DNA from: an uncultured Hyphomonadaceae bacterium
GTDB lineage: Bacteria > Pseudomonadota > Alphaproteobacteria > Caulobacterales > Maricaulaceae
Assembly: GCA_913058335.1 (NCBI GenBank)
Contig: CAJXPX010000001.1
Coordinates: 182,618 to 246,617, forward strand
Length of the DNA: 64,000 nt
Direction of reading: 5' to 3'
Shown: positions 28,502 through 39,655 of the stretch, piece after piece
Layout: each line of letters starts with the position of its first letter
Position numbering within the stretch: the stretch's first letter is position 1
Notes under the pieces: model-generated
Databases searched by the model: none
Told to the model about the DNA's origin: nothing
Seen by the model: the letters and a program-made list of their open reading frames with translations, nothing else
Position numbers and translations under genes: made by a program

Positions 28502-29995
28502 TTAGAGCCCCAACTTCTCCCGCAGCACTTTGTTTACCGCTTGAGGATTGGCTTTGCCTTGGCTAGCTTTCATGACCTGCCCGACGAAGAAACCGATAAG
28601 CTTCGGGTTTTCTTTGGCCGCTGCGGCTTGGTCTGGATTAGCGCTAATGACATCTTGTACCATCGTTTCGATGGCGCCCATATCCGTAACTTGCTTTAGG
28701 CCCTGAGCGTCAATAATTTCGTCTGCTGTGCCCTCGCCGTTAAACATGCGTTCAAACACTTCCTTGGCGATTTTACCTGAAATGGTGTCGTCGGCGATAC
28801 GGTCTAGCAACCCGCCCAGTTTATCGGCCGAGACCGGGCTGTCTTCCAGTTCTAGATCCGCTTTGTTCAGTGCGCCAAATAATTCCACCATTGTCCAGTT
28901 AGACGCGATTTTAGCGTCCCGGCCCTTGGCGACCGCTTCGTAAAACTCTGCTTTCGTTGCGTCAGCCGTGAGAATACGAGCGTCATATTCCGGTAAGCCG
29001 TAATCGCTCATAAACCTTGCCTTGCGGGCGTCCGGCATTTCCGGAAGTTTCGCTTTGATGCCATCCACGAAGCTTTGCTCAAGCTTGAGCGGCAGTAAAT
29101 CCGGATCCGGGAAGTAGCGGTAGTCATGCGCATCTTCTTTGGAGCGCATAGTCCGAGTTTCGCCCTTTACGCTGTCAAACAGACGCGTTTCCTGATCAAT
29201 CGTGCCGCCTGCTTCGATAATTTCAATGTGACGGCGAGCTTCGTAATTAATGGCCTGACGGATAAAGCGCATGGAGTTGACGTTTTTGATTTCACAGCGC
29301 GTGCCAAGCTCCCCGCCCGGTTTGCGAACGGAGACATTCACGTCAGCGCGCAGATTGCCTTTTTCCATATCTCCGTCACACGTGCCCAGCGCACGAACGA
29401 TGCCGCGTAACTTCTCTACATAAGCAGAGGCTTCCTCGGGGGAGCGCATATCGGGTTTTGAGACGATTTCCATCAGCGCAACGCCGCAGCGGTTTAAATC
29501 AACATAGGTTTCATCCGGCGAGAGGTCATGCACGGATTTTCCGGCGTCCTGTTCCAAGTGAAGCCGCTCAATTCCGACCGTAACTTCGTCGCCGACATTG
29601 CCGTCCGCATCAATCGGCAAAATGTCAATTTCGCCCTCGCCAACGACAGGAAATTCAAATTGAGAAATCTGGTATCCTTGCGGTAGATCGACATAGAAAT
29701 AATTTTTGCGGTCAAAACGCGAGAATAAATTGATCTTCGCGTTCAATCCCAAACCTGTCTTGACGGCCTGCTCTACGCAAAATTCGTTCACCACCGGCAA
29801 CATACCCGGCATCCCGGCATCGACGAGCGACACCTGACTGTTTGGTTCAGAGCCATAAGCGGTCGAAGACCCTGAAAAGAGCTTTGACTTGCTCGCCACT
29901 TGAGCATGGACTTCCAAGCCGATGATGATTTCCCAATCACCGCTCTCGCCCTTAATCCAGTCTTTTTTATCCGCAACGCGTTCTGCTGTGAACAT
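28502..29995 (-). CDS. gatB: Asp-tRNA(Asn)/Glu-tRNA(Gln) amidotransferase subunit B
   Basis: [52 protein letters not shown]; ATG 29995 follows a GGAG RBS. Confidence 0.98.
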   Translation of the reverse strand: MFTAERVADKKDWIKGESGDWEIIIGLEVHAQVASKSKLFSGSSTAYGSEPNSQVSLVDAGMPGMLPVVNEFCVEQAVKTGLGLNAKINLFSRFDRKNYFYVDLPQGYQISQFEFPVVGEGEIDILPIDADGNVGDEVTVGIERLHLEQDAGKSVHDLSPDETYVDLNRCGVALMEIVSKPDMRSPEEASAYVEKLRGIVRALGTCDGDMEKGNLRADVNVSVRKPGGELGTRCEIKNVNSMRFIRQAINYEARRHIEIIEAGGTIDQETRLFDSVKGETRTMRSKEDAHDYRYFPDPDLLPLKLEQSFVDGIKAKLPEMPDARKARFMSDYGLPEYDARILTADATKAEFYEAVAKGRDAKIASNWTMVELFGALNKADLELEDSPVSADKLGGLLDRIADDTISGKIAKEVFERMFNGEGTADEIIDAQGLKQVTDMGAIETMVQDVISANPDQAAAAKENPKLIGFFVGQVMKASQGKANPQAVNKVLREKLGL

Positions 29996-29997
29996 TT

Positions 29998-31464
29998 CTA
30001 GCTCCACCAATTTGCAGGCTTGGTTTTAAAATCTGCTGCATCTTCCAAGGCACTCGCGGCTTTGAATAATGTTTCTTCGTCCAAAGCTCGTCCAATCAAC
30101 TGCAAACCTAAAGGCAATCCATTCTTATCCAATCCAGAGGGAACGGAAATGCCGGGCAGTCCGGCCAAATTGGTCGTCACCGTAAAAATGTCATTCAAAT
30201 ACATTTGCACCGGATCGCTGACTTTTCGTCCGACGGCGAACGCCGCGCTTGGCGCTGTCGGCGTTAAAATTGCGTCGCATTTCCGCCACGCATTTTCGAA
30301 ATCCTGGACAATACGGGTGCGGACTTTTTGCGCGCGGAGATAATAAGCGTCGTAATATCCGGCGGAGAGCACATAGGTGCCGATCATGATCCGACGGCGG
30401 ACTTCTTGGCCGAAGCCTTCTGTCCGGGTGCGTTCATAGGTATCGGCAAGGTCTTCGCCTTCGACGCGAAGACCATATCGCATTCCGTCATATCGCGCGA
30501 GATTGGACGACGCTTCGGCAGGCGCCACAACGTAATAGGCAGGGAGCGCGTATTTTGTATGCGGCAAGGAAATCGGGACGATCTCCGCACCTGCCGCTTT
30601 CATCCACTCTACACCTTGATCCCAGAGCGCTTGAATCTCTACGGGCATACCTTCAATTGTATATTCTTTCGGGATACCTATGCGCAGCCCTTTGACGGAT
30701 TGACCACAGGCATTAGACCATTTCGGCACATCAATATTCAAAGAAGTCGAATCTTTCGGATCGTAACCTGACATAGACTCCAGTAGAATTGCCGCGTCTT
30801 TGACTGTCTTGGCAATCGGCCCGGCCTGATCAAGAGAGCTGGCAAAAGCGACTGTTCCCCAACGGGAGCATCGGCCATAAGTCGGCTTGATCCCGACCGT
30901 ACCCGTAAAAGACGCGGGTTGACGGATAGAGCCGCCTGTATCGGTTGCGGTCGCGCCGAGGCACATATCCGCTGCCACGGCAGAAGCGGAACCACCTGAG
31001 GAACCGCCCGGAACCAGGTCTTCGTCTTTCCGCCAAGGGTTGATCACTGGCCCGTAAGCTGATGTTTCATTAGAAGAACCCATCGCGAATTCGTCGAGGT
31101 TCAACTTGCCGAGCATCACCATACCATCGGCTTTCATATTAGCCGTGACGGTGCTTTCATAAGTCGGCGCAAAATCCCCAAGAATTTTGGAGCCTGCACA
31201 GGTTTTTACCCCTTCGGTACAAAACAGATCTTTGACGGCCAGAGGCGCGCCTTCGAGAAGCCCGGCCTCACCTTTTGCGCGGCGTGCATCAGAGGCTTTC
31301 GCCTGCTCGCGGGCCAAATCATGAGTGTCCGAAATAAATGCGTTCAGCTTTTTGCCGCCTTCGCAGGCTTTGATGTGCGCCTCCGTTAGCTCTACCGAGC
31401 TGAAGTTTCCTTTCGACATACCGTCCAAAGCATCAAAGAGGGAAAGTTGTGTTAATTCGCTCAT
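29998..31464 (-). CDS. gatA: Asp-tRNA(Asn)/Glu-tRNA(Gln) amidotransferase subunit A
   Basis: [29 protein letters not shown] amidase signature; start moved to MSELTQ at 31464. Confidence 0.98.
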   Translation of the reverse strand: MSELTQLSLFDALDGMSKGNFSSVELTEAHIKACEGGKKLNAFISDTHDLAREQAKASDARRAKGEAGLLEGAPLAVKDLFCTEGVKTCAGSKILGDFAPTYESTVTANMKADGMVMLGKLNLDEFAMGSSNETSAYGPVINPWRKDEDLVPGGSSGGSASAVAADMCLGATATDTGGSIRQPASFTGTVGIKPTYGRCSRWGTVAFASSLDQAGPIAKTVKDAAILLESMSGYDPKDSTSLNIDVPKWSNACGQSVKGLRIGIPKEYTIEGMPVEIQALWDQGVEWMKAAGAEIVPISLPHTKYALPAYYVVAPAEASSNLARYDGMRYGLRVEGEDLADTYERTRTEGFGQEVRRRIMIGTYVLSAGYYDAYYLRAQKVRTRIVQDFENAWRKCDAILTPTAPSAAFAVGRKVSDPVQMYLNDIFTVTTNLAGLPGISVPSGLDKNGLPLGLQLIGRALDEETLFKAASALEDAADFKTKPANWWS

Positions 31465-31468
31465 CGCC

Positions 31469-31771
31469 CTACTCCACACTTCTCGGGACGACGAAGAAAC
31501 CATCATCCTTTTTCGGGGCATTTTTCAAAATGTCTTCACGCTTGTCGCCATCGGAAACGGCGTCCTTACGCAGAGGCGCCGGCATATCGACAGCAGAGGT
31601 CATCGGCTCGACCCCGTCAACATCGACTTCATTCAACTGCTCAATCCACCCCAAAATGCCGTTCAGATCATCGGCCATAGGCTGAAGCTGATCGGCCTCG
31701 ACGTGAAGACGCGACAGTCTTGCAATTTTCTTGACGTCGTCTGCATTGACGCCGTTTTGAGGGTTAGCCAT
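31469..31771 (-). CDS. gatC: Asp-tRNA(Asn)/Glu-tRNA(Gln) amidotransferase subunit C
   Basis: [38 protein letters not shown]. Confidence 0.96.
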   Translation of the reverse strand: MANPQNGVNADDVKKIARLSRLHVEADQLQPMADDLNGILGWIEQLNEVDVDGVEPMTSAVDMPAPLRKDAVSDGDKREDILKNAPKKDDGFFVVPRSVE

Positions 31772-31921
31772 GTATGCCTCGATATTGGCCCGATTACGGG
31801 GGTTTAATTTAGTCTGGCGAGTTAGCAGGCACGTCCCCCTATCGCAAGACTTGTGATTGCGCTGCCTGTTCTTTTTCGGTATTCCGACTTAATTTTCACT
31901 CGCTTTCAACTGCCTGACCTC

Positions 31922-32518
31922 ATGGCTAAATTCGATAATGATATTGTATCGCCGAACACCCCACGCATGGGAAATGCTGTCACGCGAGGTATCGGGCAAC
32001 TGATTCTAGACGGTTTAGGCTGGAGGATTACCGGTAAACTTCCAAATGAGAGAAAAGTTATCCTTATAGGCGCGCCTCACACGTCAAATTGGGATTTGAT
32101 TGTTGCCATGGCCTGCGTTTTATCTGTCGGGCTAAAATTTAATTGGATGATGAAGAAAGAAGCCTTCTTTTGGCCGGTCGGCAAATTATGGCGGGCACTG
32201 GGCGGTATTCCAATTGACCGGAAACAGAAGAATGATGTGGTCGCGCAGATCACGGACTGGTTTCAAAAGGAAGACCAATTATGGCTCGGTATTACCCCCG
32301 AAGGCACACGGGCGAGAGTTGAGAGCTTTAAAAAAGGTTATCTACGCATCGCTTATGCGACTGGGGCGCCCATTTATACGATTGGAATAAATGCTGAAAC
32401 CAAGGAAATCGTTCTTGGCGGGGACTATCCGCTTTCATATGATATAGAAGAGGATAATCGCAAAATAAAAGCCTATTTCGAAACGAACTTTAAGGGTATC
32501 AGGCCCGAAAATGGCTAA
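31922..32518 (+). CDS. PlsC-like lysophospholipid acyltransferase, copy 1
   Basis: APHTSNWD (HxxxxD), FMKK-type block, LGGIPIDR, ITPEGTR; ATG 31922 preferred as start. Confidence 0.88.
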   Translation: MAKFDNDIVSPNTPRMGNAVTRGIGQLILDGLGWRITGKLPNERKVILIGAPHTSNWDLIVAMACVLSVGLKFNWMMKKEAFFWPVGKLWRALGGIPIDRKQKNDVVAQITDWFQKEDQLWLGITPEGTRARVESFKKGYLRIAYATGAPIYTIGINAETKEIVLGGDYPLSYDIEEDNRKIKAYFETNFKGIRPENG

Positions 32519-32521
32519 GCA

Positions 32522-33130
32522 TTGGATTCTAAATCAATGAAATATGATAACCCTCATATGAGCGAACATTCGCCTCGAATGGGCAATGCTGTCTCTCGCT
32601 GGATAGGCAGCGCAGGTTTAAAGTTGACGGGTTGGAAGCTGATTGGCCAAATGCCGGATGTACCAAAATTTGTCATCGTCGGCGTCCCGCATACCTCGAA
32701 TTGGGATGCGATAGTGGCCTCTCTCGCCATGCTTGCCTCAGGTTTCAAATATACATTCCTAATTAAGAAAGAATGGTTTTTCTGGCCGATGGGGCCGCTT
32801 TTCCGTGCGCTAGGTGGCTATCCCGTTGATCGCGGTAAAGGCAATAACGTCGTCGACCAAGTCGTCGAACTTTTTGAAAAAGAAGAAAAACTCTGTATCG
32901 GTTTCCCTCCTGAAGGCACCCGTTCAAAAGTGGCCAAATACAAGTCCGGCTATCTTCGGGCAGCTTATGCGGCCAATGTCCCGGTCTTTATATGCGCCTT
33001 TGACGGGCCTCATAAACAGGTTGTTCTGGACCGCCTGTTTCCGCTTTCAGGAGATTTGAAAAAGGATAATTCGGCACTTAAGGCTTATGTTGACGAAAAT
33101 TGGGTCGGCATAAACCCAGAACGTCAATAG
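32522..33130 (+). CDS. PlsC-like lysophospholipid acyltransferase, copy 2
   Basis: VPHTSNWD, LGGYPVDR, FPPEGTRS. Confidence 0.88.
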   Translation: MDSKSMKYDNPHMSEHSPRMGNAVSRWIGSAGLKLTGWKLIGQMPDVPKFVIVGVPHTSNWDAIVASLAMLASGFKYTFLIKKEWFFWPMGPLFRALGGYPVDRGKGNNVVDQVVELFEKEEKLCIGFPPEGTRSKVAKYKSGYLRAAYAANVPVFICAFDGPHKQVVLDRLFPLSGDLKKDNSALKAYVDENWVGINPERQ

Positions 33131-33368
33131 CCGCTCTCTAATCAGAGATTCCAGTCACCTTTATTCTATTGTGACCGCGCTCATTATTCCGAGTGGGTCA
33201 AGCGCGGCTGAGGCACTTAATGCGTTTGTCAGTTTCATCGGTCTGAGGCGACGGTTTCGCCAAGCTTTGGGTAAAAAACTCTTCTCGGTCTATCGGCTCT
33301 CTTTTATATCGCTTTTCAGCTCATGAGGAGTATGGCGTGACAACACCTTTCAGGCTAAGCGACCTTCT

Positions 33369-33821
33369 ATGCCTTTCATCACTCTCGAAGATTTAGCAAA
33401 TACCACTGGCGCGTTACTTGGCGTGGACCCGGGGACGAAAACCTTTGGCCTCTCAATCAGTGACCGCACGCGACTTATTTCCACCCCCCTTCTAACTATT
33501 CAGAGAACCAAATTTTCCGTTGATGCCGTGTCTCTTCTGAAAATTTTCAATGATAATGAATGCAAAGTTCTTGTTGTAGGATTACCAATTAACATGGACG
33601 GCAGTAGCGGGCCGAGAGTTCAATCCGTTCGCGATTTTTGTATCAATTTGATGAGAGTGGACGACATTCCTATATTTCTTTGGGACGAAAGGCTTTCAAC
33701 TATGGCAGTCACTCGGACTATGTTATCGGACGACATGTCCCGCGCAAAGCGGGCTAAAAATGTCGATAAATTGGCGTCGGCCTATATCTTACAAGGTGTT
33801 TTGGATCGCCTTAGGCGATGA
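33369..33821 (+). CDS. ruvX: YqgF/RuvX family nuclease (pre-16S rRNA processing)
   Basis: LGVDPGTKTFGLSISD, VVGLPINMDGS, WDERLST, VDKLASAYILQG. Confidence 0.95.
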   Translation: MPFITLEDLANTTGALLGVDPGTKTFGLSISDRTRLISTPLLTIQRTKFSVDAVSLLKIFNDNECKVLVVGLPINMDGSSGPRVQSVRDFCINLMRVDDIPIFLWDERLSTMAVTRTMLSDDMSRAKRAKNVDKLASAYILQGVLDRLRR

Positions 33822-33882
33822 GTTAGACTTTGACTCTTTTTTGAGCGCGCCGTAAGACCGCAAAAATCGTGAGAAGGGCTCT

Positions 33883-34881
33883 ATGTCTTTGGCCGCAGAC
33901 GACACAATTTTGGGACAGGCAACCCGCGACTATCCGTTTACAAAACGGCATTGTCTCTCCGTTTCCGACTTCCACCGCGTAGATATCGAAAATCTGTTAC
34001 GTCTTGGGGAGCATTATCTGAATTTAGAGGTTCAGAAATCTCCTGATCGATCTGTTTTATCTGGCAAAACACTTATCAATTTATTTTTCGAAAACTCTAC
34101 AAGGACGGAAAAAAGTTTCGAGTTGGCCGGTAAACGCCTTGGAGCAGATGTTATCTCAATGCAGGTTGCAAGCTCTTCAATCAAAAAAGGGGAAACTCTC
34201 CTCGATACAGCAGCAACACTCAACGCGATGAACCCAGATCTGCTGGTTATCCGCCATAGTGCCTCAGGTGCCCCGTCTCTTCTCGCGCAAAAGGTAGAAT
34301 GTTCTGTCATTAATGCCGGAGACGGAATGCATGCCCACCCCACTCAGGCTTTGCTGGACGCTCTTACCTTACGACAAGCTTTTCCCGAAGGTCTGGATGG
34401 TCTGCGAATCGCAATATGCGGTGACATCCTCCACTCCCGAGTTGCCCGCTCTGATGTGGCTTTGTTCAATATGCTCGGAGCTGAAGTTCGCCTGGTCGGC
34501 CCGCCTACGCTAGTGCCTCTAGATGCGGATATGTGGGGCGCAGAAGTGTTTCACGATATGAAGTCGGGACTTCAAGGTTGTGATGTCGTGATGATGCTTC
34601 GCCTCCAGCTTGAGCGCATGAGCGGGGCCTTCGTCCCCTCAAAACGAGAATATTTCCATTATTACGGATTGGATCGCAAAAAACTGGGGTTCGCAAAGCC
34701 TAATGCTTTTGTCATGCACCCTGGACCGATGAACCGCGGGGTCGAAATTAGTTCTGAAATTGCAGATGATCCGGATGTCAGCCTGATTACCCGGCAAGTC
34801 GAAACAGGCGTCGCCATGCGAATGGCTATTCTCCATGCTTTGGCAGAGGCCCAGTCTTCGAGCTCGGAGCAGAGCTCATGA
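33883..34881 (+). CDS. pyrB: Aspartate carbamoyltransferase, catalytic subunit
   Basis: [44 protein letters not shown]. Confidence 0.97.
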   Translation: MSLAADDTILGQATRDYPFTKRHCLSVSDFHRVDIENLLRLGEHYLNLEVQKSPDRSVLSGKTLINLFFENSTRTEKSFELAGKRLGADVISMQVASSSIKKGETLLDTAATLNAMNPDLLVIRHSASGAPSLLAQKVECSVINAGDGMHAHPTQALLDALTLRQAFPEGLDGLRIAICGDILHSRVARSDVALFNMLGAEVRLVGPPTLVPLDADMWGAEVFHDMKSGLQGCDVVMMLRLQLERMSGAFVPSKREYFHYYGLDRKKLGFAKPNAFVMHPGPMNRGVEISSEIADDPDVSLITRQVETGVAMRMAILHALAEAQSSSSEQSS

Positions 34882-36143
34882 GCGTAGTTTCAATTGTCAA
34901 TGCGCGCCTCATCGACCCTGCTTCTGGACGGGATGAAGAAGGCGGCCTTATTTGTGAAGATGGATTAATCGTCGAGATAGGCAATATCGTCCCTCGCGGA
35001 GAAATCCATGATGCGCGAGGGCTTATCTTGGCACCCGGTTTGATTGATATGCGGGTTCGCACCGGAGAACCGGGACTGGAAAACCGAGAGACATTAGACA
35101 CCGCGTCGAGAGCGGCCGTGGCTGGAGGTGTGACCTCTGTTGTTTTGATGCCCGAAACCGATCCGGTGATAGATGATATTTCTTTGGTGGATTACCTTAT
35201 CCGCAAAGGGACAGATCTACCCATCGACATTCATATTGCCGGGGCTTTGACAAAGAAACTTGATGGGAAAAGCCTGACAGAAATTGGCTTAATGCGTGAA
35301 GCCGGGGCCGTTTTGTTTTCCAATGGATCGCAGCCAATTCGGGATGCGCAGACCATGCGCCGTCTCATGTCTTATGCCGCGAATTTCAATGCCCTGATTG
35401 CAAACCGCGCTGTGGAACCCACTTTATCAAAAGGAACCGTTGCTCACGAAAGCAATTTGTCCTCGCGCCTGGGCTTGAACGCGGCTCCGGCCATATCTGA
35501 ACGCATCATGGCCGAACGCGATATAGCGCTTGCTGAACTTACGGGCGGAAGAGTTTTAATTGACCTTATTTCCTCGAAAGCGGCCTTAGAGGCCGTCAAA
35601 ACAGCAAAAGCTAAAGATTTGGATGTCTATTCCTCTGTATCTATCAACCATCTCTGTCTCAACGAAGTCGATATCGGAGATTATCGCAGCTTTGCAAAAC
35701 TCAATCCGCCTCTACGCGAAGAGAGTGACAGGCTGGCTTTATTGGAGGGCGTTAATCAGGGTGAGATTGATGTTATTGTCTCTGATCATGACCCTCGGCC
35801 GGCCGGCGAAAAACGTCTGCCCTATTCCGAAGCGGCTTCAGGCGCCGTTGGACTCGAAATATTGTTAGCGGCCGGTCTGTCTCAAGTTGCAGAAGGATAT
35901 ATGGATCTGATGGCCTTTCTGGCCGCCGTCACATGTAACCCAGCCGATTTACTTGGTCTCGACACAGGTCGATTAAGCCTAGAAGCCCCAGCCAACCTCG
36001 TCCTGATCGACCCTAATAAACCCTGGATATGCGCAAGTAGTAACCTAAAGAGCCGTTCAAAGAACACTCCCTTTGACGGACGGCGCCTGACAGGACGGGC
36101 CGTTAAAACCTTTTACAAAGGACAGGAAGTATTTAGCCTCTAA
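34878..36143 (+). CDS. pyrC: Dihydroorotase (PyrB-associated long form)
   Basis: APGLIDMR (no HxH metal motif, so possibly the non-catalytic PyrC' type), [21 protein letters not shown]; coupled to pyrB. Confidence 0.88.
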   Translation: MSVVSIVNARLIDPASGRDEEGGLICEDGLIVEIGNIVPRGEIHDARGLILAPGLIDMRVRTGEPGLENRETLDTASRAAVAGGVTSVVLMPETDPVIDDISLVDYLIRKGTDLPIDIHIAGALTKKLDGKSLTEIGLMREAGAVLFSNGSQPIRDAQTMRRLMSYAANFNALIANRAVEPTLSKGTVAHESNLSSRLGLNAAPAISERIMAERDIALAELTGGRVLIDLISSKAALEAVKTAKAKDLDVYSSVSINHLCLNEVDIGDYRSFAKLNPPLREESDRLALLEGVNQGEIDVIVSDHDPRPAGEKRLPYSEAASGAVGLEILLAAGLSQVAEGYMDLMAFLAAVTCNPADLLGLDTGRLSLEAPANLVLIDPNKPWICASSNLKSRSKNTPFDGRRLTGRAVKTFYKGQEVFSL

Positions 36144-36166
36144 TCTTCAGGTTATAATATGCAAAA

Positions 36167-36514
36167 TTATGACGACGTAGCCGTTGGTTTTGTTACGCCG
36201 GCTTTTTCGAGTTCTTTGGGCATTTGTCCCGTAAGGAAGCAGAAAAACATTTTAAAATCACTGACGAAAGACCAAACCGGATAGGTAAATGTCGCGGGCC
36301 GGTTTTTTTCCACCATAGCATGGCTCATCCAAGCAAAAAAATAACCAGCAACAAGCATGAGCGGTAGCATCCACCAACGCCCCGTGAATATGGCAAAAGC
36401 CAAAATACAAAGAGCAATGGCGGTTCCGAGATAATGCCAGCCGCGGGTTGCCGGTTTGGCATGCTCGCGTAGGTAAAAAGGCCAAAACTCCGAATAAGTC
36501 TTAATGGTTTTCAT
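36167..36514 (-). CDS. DUF962 (Mpo1-like) membrane protein
   Basis: FWPFYLREH.K...R.WHYLGT, GYFFAW.SH..VEKNRPATFTYP.WS..SDFKM. Confidence 0.88.
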   Translation of the reverse strand: MKTIKTYSEFWPFYLREHAKPATRGWHYLGTAIALCILAFAIFTGRWWMLPLMLVAGYFFAWMSHAMVEKNRPATFTYPVWSFVSDFKMFFCFLTGQMPKELEKAGVTKPTATSS

Positions 36515-36838
36515 ATTGTTTCCCCTTTATAAACCTAAAGTCACTTAGCATAAAATCCGTGATTTGGCCATTCTCAAGCTATGAAGTGAATCAAGACTAA
36601 ATTTTTTTAGCTTTTTTAACAAAATCTTTACCTTGGTCATTAATAAAGAGGACGTCTCCCACGAGACAACCCAATTTTCACCTAATACCTTCGGGAGCCT
36701 CTGCGCTCCTTTTTTTTTGCATAAAAGGAAATGGGAAGAAATATCAGCTCATATGATATTTCTCGCATTTTTATCAAAAATCAGACTTGTCTGTTGCCCC
36801 AATATACTGTTACAGAGCGCGCCTACCGAGACTGGTGA

Positions 36839-36914
36839 TCCGCAATAGCTCAGTTGGTAGAGCAGCTGACTGTTAATCAGCTTGTCGCAGGTTCGAGTCC
36901 TGCTTGCGGAGCCA
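36839..36914 (+). tRNA. tRNA-Asn (GTT)
   Basis: TCCGCAA/TTGCGGA acceptor stem, D-arm AGCTCAGTTGGTAGAGC, anticodon arm GCTGA-CTGTTAA-TCAGC, T-loop GGTTCGAGTCC, encoded CCA; 76 nt. Confidence 0.98.
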
Positions 36915-36958
36915 TCCTTTCCCAATACTCTCCTACCATCTAAATATCTGTTTTTTCC

Positions 36959-37270
36959 TTATGATTTAAGGATGGTTAGGCTCATCAAATTCGGGATTAC
37001 GTATTCTTCTGCCCTTTCCTCACAACCGGAGTGACTAGATCGGTCAGAAGATACTTTTATATTGGTGATGAATGATGCAATATTTTCGGGAAATACCGCC
37101 CTGTTGAAACCCCTCCAGCTGGCGCTTCGTAGAATACCAAGAGCCGGGGGACTAAGAGCTTCAGAGGCATTTGTGTTTTATGTTTCAGAAATTGTACATT
37201 TCATACTTAGGATAAGAAATATTTCACTCAGAGCATCTAACTTAATCGCCCATGGCATAGATTTCCGCCA
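36959..37270 (-). pseudogene. Possible decayed tyrosine integrase fragment
   Basis: One frame with an internal TAA (37180-37178) reads CTISET*NTNASEALSPPALGILRSASWRGFNRAVFPEN, resembling the integrase segment (i..tKn...h.vpLs..al.il......vFp); adjacent to the tRNA. Confidence 0.35.
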
Positions 37271-37360
37271 TTAGAGTGAGGGGGAGAAAAATTGCACGTC
37301 TAAAGGGGGAAGTTGCAAAGTCGCCACCAAATATTGTGAGAGTCAATATTTTAAGTTAAC

Positions 37361-38029
37361 TTAACGCCCTTTATCATAGCCTATATGAATCGGGGCTAAA
37401 GCCGCGATATCCAGAGCTTCCATAATAGCTTGTCGGCCGACTCCTAGCTTGATTACATTAGATAAGTGAACTCGGAACCCCGGCCCGAAACAATGAGAAG
37501 GTGTTATATCACATGCCATAGCCGCCAACTCTTTTATATGAGCCGCAACGTGCCCGGTTTCCCAAGGTATTGCACAATAGTTAAAAAATGCGACGAACAT
37601 ATCTGGAGAAAGATGAAGCATTGATTGGAGGAAACCTGGCAGCTCATTAGAGAAATTCTCCCAGAATTTATCGTTTCCGACGTGCTTGTCCCAAAGCATT
37701 TTCCTCTCCCTATCGAACTTTAGGTCTCGAGGAAGCAAACCCTTATCAGTAGCTACCCTTACAATCGTCGCACCACTCACCATTAAGCTGTGAGTTCCTA
37801 ATCCAGAGACAAGAGCAGCAATTTCTTGCACTTGCGCGACTGTCGCACCAGCTTTGAAAGCTTTCTCTATTGCGTCTTCGATCGTGCTAGGGTTTATGGA
37901 AGTGACACTCAAAATGGTCGCCAAGGAAATCAATGCTCTATCAAAACAAGGTAATGGCGGGCCCTCGCTTACTGAATGCGTGAGTTGTTCGGCCTGCATC
38001 CGTAATTCATTTAACGTAATAGACTTCAT
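37361..38029 (-). CDS. Carboxymuconolactone decarboxylase/AhpD-like protein (two-repeat form)
   Basis: Two CMD-like halves: ALISLAT...IEKAFKAGATVAQVQEI and IKELAAMACD...HLSNVIKLGVGRQAIMEAL. Confidence 0.75.
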   Translation of the reverse strand: MKSITLNELRMQAEQLTHSVSEGPPLPCFDRALISLATILSVTSINPSTIEDAIEKAFKAGATVAQVQEIAALVSGLGTHSLMVSGATIVRVATDKGLLPRDLKFDRERKMLWDKHVGNDKFWENFSNELPGFLQSMLHLSPDMFVAFFNYCAIPWETGHVAAHIKELAAMACDITPSHCFGPGFRVHLSNVIKLGVGRQAIMEALDIAALAPIHIGYDKGR

Positions 38030-38135
38030 AAATAGATGTGAAACATTAATTTTGATGAGCGCTTAATCTGTTAAACCTAAAGACGATTTATTGTCTTTAC
38101 TGTCCAATGACCATACTTCCACTACAGCTCCCCCT

Positions 38136-39278
38136 CTAATTCATATTTTCAATAAGCTCTTTCATGTGTGCATGGAAATGCTGTAAAGCGGGTTCGTTTG
38201 CGCCAAAGACAACTGTTTCATTAGGAATATGCGATAAATTTCCTTGAACCTGATGAGACATCTCCCAATCTTCATCGAAAACAGTTTCCTCAATAACAGT
38301 CCAATTTCTCTCCCACCTTGCCATCGTGCTTTCATTATATTGCGCCTTGGGAATCAGCATTTGAAATAAAACTTTGCATTTTCCAGGGGTTTCGCCGGGG
38401 TAAGCTGTCCAACATTCAAAATGGTCGCCTTGCCAAACAAGAATTGTGTTCGGGAATATTTGATAATTTACAGCCACGTGCTTAAGCAAATCGACCTCAT
38501 TAAAATCGCTTTCGAGAATTTTATCGAAAGACTTTCTTACTCCAATCATACGGCTGTTAATGCCAAATCCCTCAAACGGCGAATATGTCCCATGGAAATA
38601 AGGTGCAATCGAGTCAGCATGTAACGTGGCAAAATGATACGGCTCTAAAAAGCCGTCGAGGACAGACTTCCAGTTGATATCTGCTTCGAGTATTTTGATA
38701 GAATGAACTTCGCAGTTTGATATGTCATAACTAGCAATCTCATCATCTATTTCTCCAAGGTGAAGCGCCACATCAATAGGATTTGCCGGGTCAACTTGCA
38801 CCCAGATCAAACCGTGCCTCTCTTCGACTTGCAACTCCGTCAGATTTCCATCAGCAGGATCATAATTGGGAAATCCTAATTTTGGAACACCGCGAAGACG
38901 TCCATCCAAAGAATATGTCCAAGCATGATAGGGGCATACAAATCGCCGAGAATTACCCGTATTCTCTGTGCAAAGCCGCGCTCCACGGTGCGAACAAATA
39001 TTGAGAAAAGCTTTGACAGATCCATCCTTCTGACGAACCACCATGATGGGAATGCCAAGCAAAGTATGGGAGAGAAAATCTCCGGATTCTTTAATCTGAC
39101 TAGAATGACCGACAATGACCGGATATTTTTCCATCAGGCGCTTTTCACGCTCCATATGCTCGGGTTCAAAATATACATTTGCGGGAAATGGCAGCTCGGT
39201 CTCGGCAACTCTAGTTGTGTTGTCTTTATAATACCCCTTTATTTCCTGGAATATCTGCTTCTGTATTTCTTTTTGCAT
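38136..39278 (-). CDS. Rieske non-heme iron oxygenase, alpha subunit
   Basis: Rieske CSHRG and CPYHAW motifs; mononuclear Fe ligands EPYHFATLH and distal DED. Confidence 0.93.
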   Translation of the reverse strand: MQKEIQKQIFQEIKGYYKDNTTRVAETELPFPANVYFEPEHMEREKRLMEKYPVIVGHSSQIKESGDFLSHTLLGIPIMVVRQKDGSVKAFLNICSHRGARLCTENTGNSRRFVCPYHAWTYSLDGRLRGVPKLGFPNYDPADGNLTELQVEERHGLIWVQVDPANPIDVALHLGEIDDEIASYDISNCEVHSIKILEADINWKSVLDGFLEPYHFATLHADSIAPYFHGTYSPFEGFGINSRMIGVRKSFDKILESDFNEVDLLKHVAVNYQIFPNTILVWQGDHFECWTAYPGETPGKCKVLFQMLIPKAQYNESTMARWERNWTVIEETVFDEDWEMSHQVQGNLSHIPNETVVFGANEPALQHFHAHMKELIENMN

Positions 39279-39510
39279 TTTTTCCTCCGCGAAAATTATT
39301 GCACGATATCATCCTATCGGCCTGCCATTGCTTAACTTTTCAGATAGGATCAGGTTAAATTATTCTCATCCTTCCTCACTCTATTGGAATTGGACTTCAC
39401 AATACTTCTTTGAGCTTCTTGTCCAAATCCACGTAAGGATAGAATATATGCTTGTCTAAAACTCCATTTCATCAGGCCCTCACTGAAAATAATATACCTT
39501 TAATCTAACA

Positions 39511-39594
39511 GTCAACATTTGTGTTGATACACTTTAACAGATGGAAATGTCAACACACCTAAGCGACGAGCGATAAGTCAACATACATGTTGAC
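39511..39594. promoter_or_regulatory. Palindromic operators GTCAACA-N4-TGTTGAC (two copies plus a half-site)
   Basis: GTCAACATTTGTGTTGAT 39511-39528; half-site GTCAACA 39549-39555; GTCAACATACATGTTGAC 39577-39594. Confidence 0.75.
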
Positions 39595-39655
39595 TAACGT
39601 AAAAAATCGACCAATTATGTTTGTACTAAAAATTTTTATTTAGAGAGAGATAAAA

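Noticed and set aside
33131-33368. Possible glycine riboswitch (CCTTTCAGG) or small ORF before ruvX
   Set aside because: The GGAGAG...CCGAAG core is absent; there is only one hairpin (CCGCGCT/AGCGCGG) and no ORF with a credible start.
36144-36838. pyrC is not followed by plsY-dprA as in many Alphaproteobacteria
   Set aside because: An ordinary synteny break with no functional signal in this window.
38925-39335. 136-aa plus-strand ORF opposite the Rieske gene, and the many other 60-190 aa antisense ORFs in the track
   Set aside because: They overlap well-supported genes on the other strand or frame and show no domain signal.
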